A stretch of DNA of 64,000 nucleotides. Origin: Candidatus Binatia bacterium (GTDB lineage Bacteria; Desulfobacterota; Binatia; Bin18). The stretch spans positions 1,792,001 to 1,856,000 of the forward strand of contig OY761159.2 in the NCBI GenBank assembly GCA_963664395.2, written 5' to 3'. Position numbers and translations under genes: made by a program. How positions within the stretch are numbered: the stretch's first letter is position 1; every line of letters begins with the position of its first letter. The notes beneath the pieces are model-generated. The model was not told where the DNA came from and did no database searches. It worked only from the letters and a program-made list of their open reading frames with translations. Below, one piece after another: positions 9,124 to 18,442 of this stretch.

Positions 9124-10074
9124 ATGAATTCTCCCTGCCCTCAATGCTCTGGCCCAACCCGTAACTACGGCAAAGATAAGTTCGGCCAGCAGCGCTACCG
9201 CTGCAATCCTTGTGCGAAGACCTTCATCACAGATAAAAAGCCCATGCGACTCAAGAAGGTCAAGGCAATCCTTTGCCTCAAGCTCTTAGTGGAGGGGAAC
9301 AGCATTCGCAGTACTGAGGGTATCAGTGATGTACACAGAGACACGATCTTGCACCTGATTGAAGTCATTGGAGAGCGCTGTGAGAATGTGATGGAGGAGC
9401 AGATTAAAGATATCCCCCTTCAGTATGTACAGGCAGATGAAATCTGGGGATTTGTTGGTAAAAAGGAAGGCCACAAACGGAAAGAGGAGAAGAAGAACCT
9501 CGAACTGGGAGACGCCTACACCTTCGTTGGGATCGAAGCAAAGACGAAGCTGGTTTTGTGTTACGAGCTAGGCCGACGAAATATCAAGACCGCCACACGG
9601 TTTATGGAGAAGCTGAAGAATGCATCTGACGGTCGCTTTCAGCTCACCACGGACGGGCTGAAGGCATACATTGAAGCCGTCGAAGAGACCTTCGGCATTG
9701 AGATTGACTTTGCACAGCTAGTGAAGTTCTACAAGTCTGATGAATCCCGACAGATTGAACGACGCTACAGTCCTGGTGATTTTGTCAGTGCAGTCAAAAT
9801 GCCGATCATGGGAGACCCTGAATCAGATAAAATCACAACTAGTCATGTTGAACGACAAAACTTGACTATGAGAATGAGCATGCGACGCCTAACCAGATTG
9901 ACCAATGCACACTCAAAAAAATGGAAGAACCTTGAGAAGGCGCTAGCTATCCATTTCGCGTTTTATAATTTCTGCCGAGTCCATCAGACCTTGCGCGTAA
10001 CGCCAGCGATGGAAGCAAAAATCACGGATTATATCTGGACCTTAGAAGAATTGGTCGGAGATATCTTACGCTAG
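9124..10074 (+). CDS. IS1-family DDE transposase (single ORF)
   Basis: Zn ribbon CPQC..CNPC, HTH 'LLVEGNSIRSTE', catalytic QADEIWGFV / TTDGLKAY / TSHVERQNLTMR. Confidence 0.92.
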   Translation: MNSPCPQCSGPTRNYGKDKFGQQRYRCNPCAKTFITDKKPMRLKKVKAILCLKLLVEGNSIRSTEGISDVHRDTILHLIEVIGERCENVMEEQIKDIPLQYVQADEIWGFVGKKEGHKRKEEKKNLELGDAYTFVGIEAKTKLVLCYELGRRNIKTATRFMEKLKNASDGRFQLTTDGLKAYIEAVEETFGIEIDFAQLVKFYKSDESRQIERRYSPGDFVSAVKMPIMGDPESDKITTSHVERQNLTMRMSMRRLTRLTNAHSKKWKNLEKALAIHFAFYNFCRVHQTLRVTPAMEAKITDYIWTLEELVGDILR

Positions 10075-10097
10075 CAACTTTTTATTAGGACACTACC
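10073..10097 (-). repeat. Right terminal inverted repeat
   Basis: Overlaps the transposase stop codon TAG (10072-10074); followed by TSD ATCCGCGC. Confidence 0.95.
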
Positions 10098-10324
10098 ATC
10101 CGCGCTCCTGGTCAGCGTGCGTCCCGGTGGGCGGCCTCCGACTATTTCCCCCTCTGGTTTGGTAATACCCGAACGCGTCTCCAGCCCCGTAATCTCCGGG
10201 TCTGCAAGAACACGGCGTAGCAATTGTCACGCGGATGCTGAAAACTATCCTACAAGATCGAAGAGCAGTCTATGCTTTACATTTAGGATGCGTCGTATAG
10301 TAGGGTGCATATAGGAGGGTGCGT

Positions 10325-11272
10325 ATGAGCAAGCGACAATCTCGACAGGTGTTATTCGGAGCACTGCTGGCGACCGTCCTCGTGTGGGGTTATCCGGCCG
10401 CTGGACAAGAATGGACGCAATCGAAGTGGGGGCCGGAGGATGAGATCGGGAGCGCGAACTACATCACGCCTGAACGCGTGAAGCTCGCGGCCAGCCTGGT
10501 CAAAACCGGCAAGACGTACCCGCTCGGGATGGTGACCGGCCCCGACACACCGGCCTACCCGCCCCGCCACTACAAGGTGTACGTCTGGGAGCTCGTGCTG
10601 GGGGGGCCGAATGAGCTTACCGCCACCGACGACTTGGCCGTTACCTGGCTGGGGGTCGGCAGCCAGATCGACGGGTTCGGCCACGTCGGCATCGATCACG
10701 TGCATTACAACGGCTGGAAGACGCAGGACTTCCTCTCGCTCACGGGCATCAAGAAGTTCGGCGTGGAGAACATCCCACCGATCGTGGCGCGCGGTGTACT
10801 GTTGGATATGACAAAATACTATGCGGTCGACCTCGTGCCCAACGGCACGGCCTTCAACGCCAAGGAGATCGACGAGGTCGCGAAGAGACAAGGAGTAGAA
10901 ATCCGCGAAGGCGACGTGGTGTTGTTCCACACCGGCTGGCTGAAGCAATTCGCGCAGATGGGTGCGGGCGAGCCGGGGATAGGCTTTCCCGAACCGGGCA
11001 TTGGCGTCGAGGGCGCGCGCTACCTGGCCGGGAAAGGCGTCGTTGCGGTCGGGGCGGACACCTGGGCACTGGAGGCCATCCCGTTCGAGAAGGAGGCTGA
11101 GCGCTTTCCGGTTCACCAGGAGCTATTGGCCAAGAACGGCACCTACATCCTCGAAAACATGAACACGGCCGCGCTGGCCGCAGATGCGGCCTACGAGTTC
11201 ATGTTCGTGCTCGGCGCGCCGCGCATGGCCGGGGCGGTGCAGACGATTGTCAATCCCGTCGCGATCCGCTGA
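10325..11272 (+). CDS. Cyclase family protein (kynurenine formamidase-like metal hydrolase), secreted
   Basis: Signal peptide; 'WGPEDEIGSAN', 'GSQIDGFGH', 'GDVVLFHTGW', 'VGADTW' and 'ILENM'. Confidence 0.88.
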   Translation: MSKRQSRQVLFGALLATVLVWGYPAAGQEWTQSKWGPEDEIGSANYITPERVKLAASLVKTGKTYPLGMVTGPDTPAYPPRHYKVYVWELVLGGPNELTATDDLAVTWLGVGSQIDGFGHVGIDHVHYNGWKTQDFLSLTGIKKFGVENIPPIVARGVLLDMTKYYAVDLVPNGTAFNAKEIDEVAKRQGVEIREGDVVLFHTGWLKQFAQMGAGEPGIGFPEPGIGVEGARYLAGKGVVAVGADTWALEAIPFEKEAERFPVHQELLAKNGTYILENMNTAALAADAAYEFMFVLGAPRMAGAVQTIVNPVAIR

Positions 11273-11352
11273 AACAATCCGGAAAACCCACAACGCGCTT
11301 ACCGAGGCCACCAAGCGGACGGGGCCGAACGACCCGGGTCTACCCTGTCGCA

Positions 11353-11375
11353 AGCGGCCGACTTAGTCGGCCGCT
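11353..11375. terminator. GC-rich hairpin between convergent genes
   Basis: AGCGGCCGAC-tta-GTCGGCCGCT perfect inverted repeat. Confidence 0.55.
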
Positions 11376-12094
11376 CACTGAAACCGGCGGGCGTCTTCTC
11401 CAGCGTAGCGCGCCACCAGCGTATCAATCTGTGATGTCCGTTCCACCTTGTCGAGGACCTCGGCCAGACGGCGGGCGGGCAGGGCGCACGTCAGCTCGGT
11501 TGCCTGCATACCCGTGCGCGCCCGACTCAGCACGCAGCCGACACTCACGGCCACCTGGCCGTCTTTCGCCATGGCCACGATATGACACTGCGGCTTGCCC
11601 TCGATCTTGAGATCGGGCAGGGCGTCCGAGAGTACCATGGCGGCGTGTGGGTTGATGCGGAGCAGCACCACGTCGGGATCAATCGGCGTTTCTGCCAGCG
11701 GTCCATAGGTAACGGCCCCAGGCTTGTCCGCGACCGTCGGAATATGGGGGAAGACCTCCTCCGCCACCCAGCCGCTGTCCAGCAGGGTCGCCACGTCTTT
11801 GCCCTGCGCCGCCTCTTCCAGTGTTTTGAAACCGTGGGTGAGACTGCCCACGCTACAGTTGCCGTGGTCTTCGGCAACTGTGCTGAAGGTCCGTTCCCCG
11901 GCCTTGATCCAGAAGACACAGCCGGCGGGCACCCGCCCGGTCCGGCCATCCGGCGTGGGTTCGGCCAGCGGCTCGTCAAAGGCCGGAATGTTTTCCGGTC
12001 GGGCCGGGCTGAAGGTAATCGCCAGCGGTGCGGCCACCGGGCGCAGCGCCTTGGTGAGGCGCTCGGCTAAACTGTTCCAATCCGCTGTGGTCAT
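11375..12094 (-). CDS. DUF169 family protein
   Basis: 'PAGCVFW', 'DHGNCSVG', 'YGPLAETPIDPDVVLL', 'KPQC' and 'SVGCVLSRARTG'; ATG 12094 after aaaggag (GTG at 12103 is an alternative). Confidence 0.8.
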   Translation of the reverse strand: MTTADWNSLAERLTKALRPVAAPLAITFSPARPENIPAFDEPLAEPTPDGRTGRVPAGCVFWIKAGERTFSTVAEDHGNCSVGSLTHGFKTLEEAAQGKDVATLLDSGWVAEEVFPHIPTVADKPGAVTYGPLAETPIDPDVVLLRINPHAAMVLSDALPDLKIEGKPQCHIVAMAKDGQVAVSVGCVLSRARTGMQATELTCALPARRLAEVLDKVERTSQIDTLVARYAGEDARRFQ

Positions 12095-12124
12095 GGCATT
12101 CACTCCTTTGGCACGCGCACGCTC

Positions 12125-12292
12125 TCACGTTTCAATAATCTGAAACGACCGCGCGTCGATCTCGGTTGAGACTTCAATCTCGCCGTCCTGTACGCTCCAG
12201 TTGTCATACACCTGACCCTCCATAAGAACACGACAGGTATCGGGCTGCTTCAGGTTCTTGATGCGGAAGCTGGTCGGCCGGCCCCGTGCGGC
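12125..12292 (-). pseudogene. C-terminal remnant of a larger protein (possibly linalool dehydratase/isomerase-like tail)
   Basis: 'GRPTSFRIKNL...CRVLMEGQVYDNWSVQDGEIEVSTEIDARSFQI*' reads as a beta-rich C-terminus with no start codon or RBS. Confidence 0.35.
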
Positions 12293-12359
12293 ATGACGAT
12301 GGCGAGTAGGCTGCGGGCAGGAGGCCCGCACTCCCAGGGGGCGGACGGCCACCGATTTC

Positions 12360-13271
12360 CTAGAAATGGTACTTCAGGTTGACACTGACCCCGAACATTT
12401 CGATGTCGTCGGTCCGCCGCCGAGCGACATAGTCATCGGGGGGCGCGTGACTCCGCAAGAGATCCAGGCCGGCGTCATCCCGGAAGTTCAGGAAGTTGAC
12501 CCAGCGACCCTTCACGCCCAGGGAGACTGACTCCGTGAGGGCAAAATCAACCCCGAAGAGTACCTGATAGCCGAACAGCGTGTCATTGTTCGTGGTTTGC
12601 ACGCTGCTCGCCGTCCCGGCCAGATTGTTGCGGATCTCCTCGGCGTTGGGCAGACCGGCACCCGTGCTGATCTGGTCGGGGTCACTATTCCTCGCCCATA
12701 TTCTACCGTTATCCAGGTCGGTAAACCCGACGCCGACACCGAACCCGACATAGGGCGTAAACCGGCTGCTATTCAAAAAGTCGAAATACACATTGCCAAA
12801 CAGGTTGTGAGACGTGAGGCTGCCGAGGCGTTCCTCGGCCCGTGCAATTTCGTTGCTGAGCTTGTCTCTGGCGACGCCCGAGCGGCTGAGAATCGGGGTC
12901 GTCCGGTCATATTCCGACTCCCGGTAGAAGTACTCCAGTTCGAGCCGGAAGCGGCCCCACAATCGGTCGGGATAACGATCCCACAACCGATAGCCCACCG
13001 CCGCGCCGGCCAGAATGCCTTCGGCCCCGTCGAACACACTCTTCCAACTGGTGCCGGGGCCGGGGCAGCCGGGAATATCGGCAAAAGCCGGGTTAATGAA
13101 CGGGTCGCACACGCTCCCGCCATCGCTGCTGTCTCCGAGGAAATCCAGCTCGGGTGCAAAATTGGCGCCCAACTCGCTGCTCAGGTAGAAGCCCGAACCG
13201 GCTCTTGCCGGGGTCGGCCCGAACACCCAGGCCACGATGACAAGCACTACCAACGGAGCTACACGCCTCAT
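12360..13271 (-). CDS. Outer-membrane beta-barrel protein (opacity porin/Msp4-like)
   Basis: Signal peptide; 'GFYLSSELGANF', 'RLELEYFYR', 'FTPYVGFGVG' and terminal 'VNLKYHF'. Confidence 0.85.
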   Translation of the reverse strand: MRRVAPLVVLVIVAWVFGPTPARAGSGFYLSSELGANFAPELDFLGDSSDGGSVCDPFINPAFADIPGCPGPGTSWKSVFDGAEGILAGAAVGYRLWDRYPDRLWGRFRLELEYFYRESEYDRTTPILSRSGVARDKLSNEIARAEERLGSLTSHNLFGNVYFDFLNSSRFTPYVGFGVGVGFTDLDNGRIWARNSDPDQISTGAGLPNAEEIRNNLAGTASSVQTTNNDTLFGYQVLFGVDFALTESVSLGVKGRWVNFLNFRDDAGLDLLRSHAPPDDYVARRRTDDIEMFGVSVNLKYHF

Positions 13272-13272
13272 G

Positions 13273-14064
13273 CTAACCTCCGGCTTTCCCCCCTCTAGTC
13301 TGATAATAGCCGAAGGCGCTCCAACCGCCGTCAATCACCATGACTTCGCCGGTCATAAAACCGGCGTCCTCGCTGGCCACAAAGCGCACGGCTTTGGCGA
13401 TATCCGCCCCCGACCCCAGACGACGTTGGGGGGTGCGCTTGATTAAATCCAGCGCGGTCAGCTTGCCGTCCGCTTCAAGGCCGACGATCATGTCAGACTC
13501 GATATAGCCCGGCGCGATACAGTTCACGCGAATGCCGTACCGGGCCCATTCGATCGCCATGACCCGGGTCATGTGATCCACCGCGGCTTTTGAGGTGCAG
13601 TAGCCGAGGGTGGCGGGGAAAGCGTTGCGGCCTAAAATCGAGCCGATATTGATAATGCAGCCGCCGCCGTGCTGCGTCATTTGACGCGCGGCCGCTTGGG
13701 AACACAAGAAAATGGACTTCACATTAATGTCCATATGCTGGTCCCAGTTCTCTTCGGTCATTTCCAGCGTCAACTGCGGGCGGGTGATGCCGGCATTATT
13801 CACCAGGATATCGACCGGTCCGAGCTGTTCTTCTACATCGGCAAACAAACGGGTGACCTCGTCCGCGACCTCGACATGGCAGCCGAAAGCGATAGCCTCG
13901 CCACCCTGACTCTTGATCGCAGCGACCGTCTCTGCCGCGTTTTCGGCCTGTGTCGCAACGCAGGCCAGCCGCGCGCCGGCGTCCGCCAACTCAATCGCAA
14001 TGGGTTTTCCAAGGCCGCGGCTGGCGCCGGTCACGACGCTGACTTTTCCAGTAAAAATAGCCAT
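13273..14064 (-). CDS. SDR family oxidoreductase
   Basis: TGASRGLG, NNAG, YCTSK and 'IRVNCIAPG'. Confidence 0.92.
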   Translation of the reverse strand: MAIFTGKVSVVTGASRGLGKPIAIELADAGARLACVATQAENAAETVAAIKSQGGEAIAFGCHVEVADEVTRLFADVEEQLGPVDILVNNAGITRPQLTLEMTEENWDQHMDINVKSIFLCSQAAARQMTQHGGGCIINIGSILGRNAFPATLGYCTSKAAVDHMTRVMAIEWARYGIRVNCIAPGYIESDMIVGLEADGKLTALDLIKRTPQRRLGSGADIAKAVRFVASEDAGFMTGEVMVIDGGWSAFGYYQTRGGKAGG

Positions 14065-14067
14065 GCC

Positions 14068-15234
14068 CTATTTCTCGCGTGGATGTGCAACGTTGTACTC
14101 GCGAATGGCTTTTAATATCGCCCCGCCGGCTTGCCCCATCAGCTCTTTCTTGTGTGCTGACACGCGAGCAGCCGAGGTCTCCAGCCGACGCAGCAAGCCC
14201 TGCGTCTGTGGCATCACATGCCGGGCCAGGAGTTCATAGCTCTTGAGTGCCAATTCCGGCGCTGCCCAGTCGTGGACAAAGCATAAGATCGTCCCGAAGC
14301 CGCCGGATAGTTCTTGTAAATGTGCAATTTTTTCAAGCGCGTCTTCGGGCGTCCCGAAAATACCGCCGCCGTGTTCATCCAGGCTGCGCGCCGCCCGATA
14401 GCCGTCTTCAAACGGCTTGCGTTTGGGCGTGCCGAGTATGCCGACGATGTACTCGTTCTGCCAGCGCTGAAGCCCGTCAGCCACCTCGCGGTAGGCCTGC
14501 TCCTTTGAGGCGGACAAATGGAAGGGCATCACAATGCGCCAGTCCGCCCGGTCGAGACATTGGCCGTGCTCACGCGCTGAAGCCTGACCCCAGCCCCACT
14601 GTGTTGGCAGTGCGGTCAGTCCTTCTTCGAGATACGAGGCAATTGAGAGCACGCCCACGCCGTACTTGCCGGCGGCTTTCATGCCGGACGGAGAGATGGA
14701 TGATGCAACCGCCACTGGAATCTCATCCTGGAGCGGTCGTAATTGCAACGCAGCTTCGTTCAGTTTGAACCAATCGCTTTCAACCGTAATCGGCTCGTCC
14801 TCGTTCAGCAAACGGAGGACAACCCCCAGCCCTTCATCCATACGGTCTCGTTGCGTCATTGGGTCAATGCCAAGCATGAGCGCATCAGACGGCAGGGCAC
14901 CGGGGCCAACGCCGAGAATGGCTCGGCCACGACTCAGATGGTCGAGGTGTACGATGCGTTGCGCGATATTAAAGGGATGGTGATACGGCACTGAAATCAC
15001 GCCAGTCCCCAACCGGATTCGGTGGGTGCGCTCGGCGGCGGCGACCAGAAACATTTCCGGCGAGCCGATTGTTTCCCAACCGGCCGAGTGATGCTCACCG
15101 ACCCAGAACTCATCGAACTGCAGCCCATCCAGAAACGTGGCTAATTCGAGATCACGCTGAAACTGAAGGGTCGGATGCTCCCCAAGCGGATGATGGGGGG
15201 CAAGAAAGGCACCGAATCGAAGGCGTTTGCGCAT
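14068..15234 (-). CDS. LLM class flavin-dependent monooxygenase
   Basis: RFGAFLAPHH, 'FDEFWVGEHHSAGWE' and 'GRAILGVGPGALPSDA'; start placed at ATG 15234. Confidence 0.9.
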   Translation of the reverse strand: MRKRLRFGAFLAPHHPLGEHPTLQFQRDLELATFLDGLQFDEFWVGEHHSAGWETIGSPEMFLVAAAERTHRIRLGTGVISVPYHHPFNIAQRIVHLDHLSRGRAILGVGPGALPSDALMLGIDPMTQRDRMDEGLGVVLRLLNEDEPITVESDWFKLNEAALQLRPLQDEIPVAVASSISPSGMKAAGKYGVGVLSIASYLEEGLTALPTQWGWGQASAREHGQCLDRADWRIVMPFHLSASKEQAYREVADGLQRWQNEYIVGILGTPKRKPFEDGYRAARSLDEHGGGIFGTPEDALEKIAHLQELSGGFGTILCFVHDWAAPELALKSYELLARHVMPQTQGLLRRLETSAARVSAHKKELMGQAGGAILKAIREYNVAHPREK

Positions 15235-15368
15235 AATGGCTCCATTTTTCAAAGCGTTGCGCTGAACTGTACCAAAACCGTTCCGTGGGAACCAGGGACA
15301 GTCTCCATAATCGTCCCGCTCTTGGCGCTGAATCGAAAAAGAGGATATAGCTCGTAAGGGAAAATGCA

Positions 15369-16439
15369 ATGCTGAAAACAATGATTACCGGCAGTCTGCC
15401 GCGCCCGACGTGGCTCGCCCCGCAGCACCAAATCTCGTCCGTCTCCTTGCGGCTTGAGGCCGACGCCTTATCCGAAGGCCAGGACGATGCCGTGCGTCTG
15501 GCCGTGGTCGATCAGCACGCAGCCGGAATGGATATTGTGACCGACGGCGAACAGCGCCGGCGGCATTACATCTGGGGATTTACCGAGGGACTGACCGGGA
15601 TTGATTTCAACCGTATGGTCAAAAAGGAAACGCGCGGCGGTCGGTATAAGACACGGATAGACGTCGCGCGGGTAACCGGTCCGGTCCGCCGTCCCCGCTC
15701 CATTTTTCTTGACGCGCTGCGCTTCCTCAAACGACACACGACGCAGCCGGTGAAAGTCACCCTGCCAGGTCCGATGACAACCGCGGATACCCTGGCGGAT
15801 GAGCACTACGGGGAGCCGCGGCGTCTCGCCTCGGATTTGGCCAGCGTCCTCAATGACGAAGCGTGCGAGCTGGCTGAAAACGGCTGTAACATTATTCAGT
15901 TTGATGAGCCGTGCTTTAATATCTATCTCGATGAAGTTGAGGAGTGGGGTATCTCCACGCTTGAGGCAGCAGCCCAGGGAGTACACGCAAAGACAGCGGT
16001 CCACATCTGCTACGGCTACGGTGTTCCGCAGGTTCTGGCCTGGAAGACAACCAATACGGATTGGCATCATTATCAACGCAGCCTGCCCCTCCTTCGCACC
16101 AGTACGCTTGATATGATCTCGGTCGAATGCGCGGCCTCTGGCGTTGATCCCTCTGTCCTTCAACTGGCCCGAGGCAAAGACCTCATGGTTGGCGTGATTG
16201 ACGTGGGGACGGAAGAGATCGAAACACCCGCAACCGTTGCCGAACGCATTCGCGCCGCCCTGCCCTATGTTGCGCCGGATAAACTCTACCCGAGTACGGA
16301 CTGCGGCCTGATCCCCCGCTCTCGTACAGCCGCCCGCGACAAGATGAAAGCCCTGGCAGATGGCGCCCGGATAGTCCGCACCGAACTGACAAGCGACCTG
16401 ATAGTCGGCATCCCGCGAGTCGGCAGACCAAAGAAATAG
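15369..16439 (+). CDS. Core cobalamin-independent methionine synthase-like protein (MesD-like, MetE C-terminal domain only)
   Basis: GSLPRP, DGEQRR, LPGPMT, IQFDEP, HICYGYG and DCGL Zn-ligand motifs. Confidence 0.85.
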   Translation: MLKTMITGSLPRPTWLAPQHQISSVSLRLEADALSEGQDDAVRLAVVDQHAAGMDIVTDGEQRRRHYIWGFTEGLTGIDFNRMVKKETRGGRYKTRIDVARVTGPVRRPRSIFLDALRFLKRHTTQPVKVTLPGPMTTADTLADEHYGEPRRLASDLASVLNDEACELAENGCNIIQFDEPCFNIYLDEVEEWGISTLEAAAQGVHAKTAVHICYGYGVPQVLAWKTTNTDWHHYQRSLPLLRTSTLDMISVECAASGVDPSVLQLARGKDLMVGVIDVGTEEIETPATVAERIRAALPYVAPDKLYPSTDCGLIPRSRTAARDKMKALADGARIVRTELTSDLIVGIPRVGRPKK

Positions 16440-16457
16440 CCCTCGGAAGGATTGCGC

Positions 16458-17336
16458 ATGACACGCATACCAATAAACGGCGTCAGCCTGCATGTTGAAG
16501 AGACCGGCTCCGGAGAGTCGATTATCTTTGTCCACGAGTTTGGCGGCGACACACGAAGCTGGCAGCCGCAAGTCGAGCATTTCTCTCGTCACTATCGGTG
16601 CGTAGTCTATAACGATCGGGGCTATCCACCCTCAGATGTTCCTGAAGACGAGAGGCTCTACGGCCAGCAGCTCTCCACTGCTGATCTGAAGGGGGTGCTT
16701 GATGCGCTCGATATTGAGCGGGCGTTTGTGGTCGGCCTGAGTATGGGAGCCTATACGGGCCTCATGCTCACCATGCAGCACCCTGAACGAGTCCGTGCGC
16801 TGGTGTTTGCCAGTGGTGGTTCGGGCGCGTATCCGGAAACGCGCACACAGTTCTTAGCCGATACCAACGCCGTGGCAGAGAAAATATTACAGGCGAACTC
16901 GGTCGATGCGTCGGGAATTTCCTCCGGCCCCAGCCGGGTACAGCTTCAGAACAAAAACCGGACGGTCTGGGAGCAGTTTGCGGCCCACCTGTCTGAACAT
17001 TCCGCCCTGGGCTCAGCCTATACCTTGCGTCACGTCCAGGCCGAACGGCCCTCGCTGTACGATCTCGCCGCTGAGCTGCGGGCGGTGACGACGCCGACAC
17101 TCTTGGTTGTCGGCGATGAAGATGAATCCTGTCTGGATGTCAATCTGCATCTCAAACGCACCATGCCCTACGTAGGACTCAGCATCTTTCCGAAAAGCGG
17201 CCATCTATTGAACCTGGAAGAGCCCGAACGATTTAATGTTTTGATCGACGAATTCTTTCAGACGGTACAAGCCGGACAGTGGAGCCGCCGAGACCCACGC
17301 TCGGAGACGGTCAGCGCGTTTGGGCAAAAACCGTAG
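16458..17336 (+). CDS. Alpha/beta fold hydrolase
   Basis: HEFGG oxyanion motif, GLSMG nucleophile elbow, GDED and SGHLLNLEEP. Confidence 0.9.
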   Translation: MTRIPINGVSLHVEETGSGESIIFVHEFGGDTRSWQPQVEHFSRHYRCVVYNDRGYPPSDVPEDERLYGQQLSTADLKGVLDALDIERAFVVGLSMGAYTGLMLTMQHPERVRALVFASGGSGAYPETRTQFLADTNAVAEKILQANSVDASGISSGPSRVQLQNKNRTVWEQFAAHLSEHSALGSAYTLRHVQAERPSLYDLAAELRAVTTPTLLVVGDEDESCLDVNLHLKRTMPYVGLSIFPKSGHLLNLEEPERFNVLIDEFFQTVQAGQWSRRDPRSETVSAFGQKP

Positions 17337-17355
17337 TCCGGTTGCCCACTGTCTG

Positions 17356-17391
17356 CTCTTTTCCCGCCCCCCGGCCGGGAACGGGAAAGAG
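17356..17391. terminator. Probable bidirectional terminator hairpin
   Basis: ctcttttcccg...cgggaaagag imperfect inverted repeat between convergent genes. Confidence 0.45.
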
Positions 17392-17447
17392 TACGGGTCG
17401 CCGGGAAGCATATGTCCCTGAGACTCCGCCGTTCCTTTCTTGTGGCC

Positions 17448-18209
17448 CTACTGGGCAACCCAACCGCCATCAACAACCATCGGATGGCCAGTCACAAACG
17501 ACGCTGCATCCGAACAGAGCCATACCACGGCTTCGGCAATCTCCTCGGGCTTTCCCAATCGCCCAATCGGCTCTTTGGCGGTCATACCGTCTTCTATGCG
17601 GGGGTCTAGCTCCATGCCGCGCTCAAACATCGGTGTCCGGATGACCCCCGGACAGACGGCGTTCACTCGAATGCCGGCTTTGGCGTATTCCAGTGCGGCG
17701 GTCTTGGTCAGTCCGACCACACCGTGCTTGGCGGCCACATAAGCGGGTCCACTCCGAAACCCAACCAGACCGGCAACTGAGGCGGTATTGACAATCGCGC
17801 CACTGCCTTGCGTCAGCATATGCTGGAGCTCATATTTCATGCACAGCCACACCCCGGTCAGGTTAATCGCAATCACCCGGTCCCAGTGTTTGGGTGTATA
17901 ATCGCCGGTCCGCGCAGCCGCCCCCGCAATTCCGGCGTTGTTGAAGGCGCAGTCAAGCCGCCCATACGTCTCCACCGTTTGCTTGACTAAGGCCTCGACT
18001 TCCGCAGCCTGGGCAACGTCGGTTTGCACGAACACGGCCTCGCCCCCAGCGGACTTGATGAAATTGACCGTCTGCTCTCCACCCTCAACAACCACATCGG
18101 AAACAACGACCGATGCGCCTTCGCGGGCTAAGGCTAATGACGTAGACCGCCCAATACCCGACCCGCCGCCGGTCACCAATGCAATTTTTCCATCTACTTG
18201 GCCTGCCAT
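17448..18209 (-). CDS. SDR family oxidoreductase (glucose 1-dehydrogenase-like)
   Basis: TGGGSGIG, FNNAG and YVAAKHG; RBS aaggagg before ATG 18209. Confidence 0.92.
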   Translation of the reverse strand: MAGQVDGKIALVTGGGSGIGRSTSLALAREGASVVVSDVVVEGGEQTVNFIKSAGGEAVFVQTDVAQAAEVEALVKQTVETYGRLDCAFNNAGIAGAAARTGDYTPKHWDRVIAINLTGVWLCMKYELQHMLTQGSGAIVNTASVAGLVGFRSGPAYVAAKHGVVGLTKTAALEYAKAGIRVNAVCPGVIRTPMFERGMELDPRIEDGMTAKEPIGRLGKPEEIAEAVVWLCSDAASFVTGHPMVVDGGWVAQ

Positions 18210-18442
18210 GATGCTGTATTCCTCCTTGCTCTGTGTCAGAACGTTTCTTCTAGCGTGTCGGAGGCTATCAATCAAAGGGAAAGCATAGCTCGAAGGGGTC
18301 TCGCCCCTCCACAGAGCTGGATGAGACAGTGTGCGGATGAGCACCCCTGCCGCGAGCAGCAAGGTTTTTTCCGACAGACTAGCGACGTTCCGAAAAAAGA
18401 TGTTATGCTGTCGGGCCGACTGCATAAGAAGGGTAAAGCATT

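Larger units (their letters stand above)
6714..10097. mobile_element. IS1-family transposon with passenger genes (3384 bp)
   Basis: TIRs GGTGCTGTCCTAATAAAAAGTTGCT (6714-6738) and AGCAACTTTTTATTAGGACACTACC (10073-10097) match at 23/25; 8-bp TSD ATCCGCGC at 6706-6713 and 10098-10105; IS1-type transposase inside; lower GC. Confidence 0.95.
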
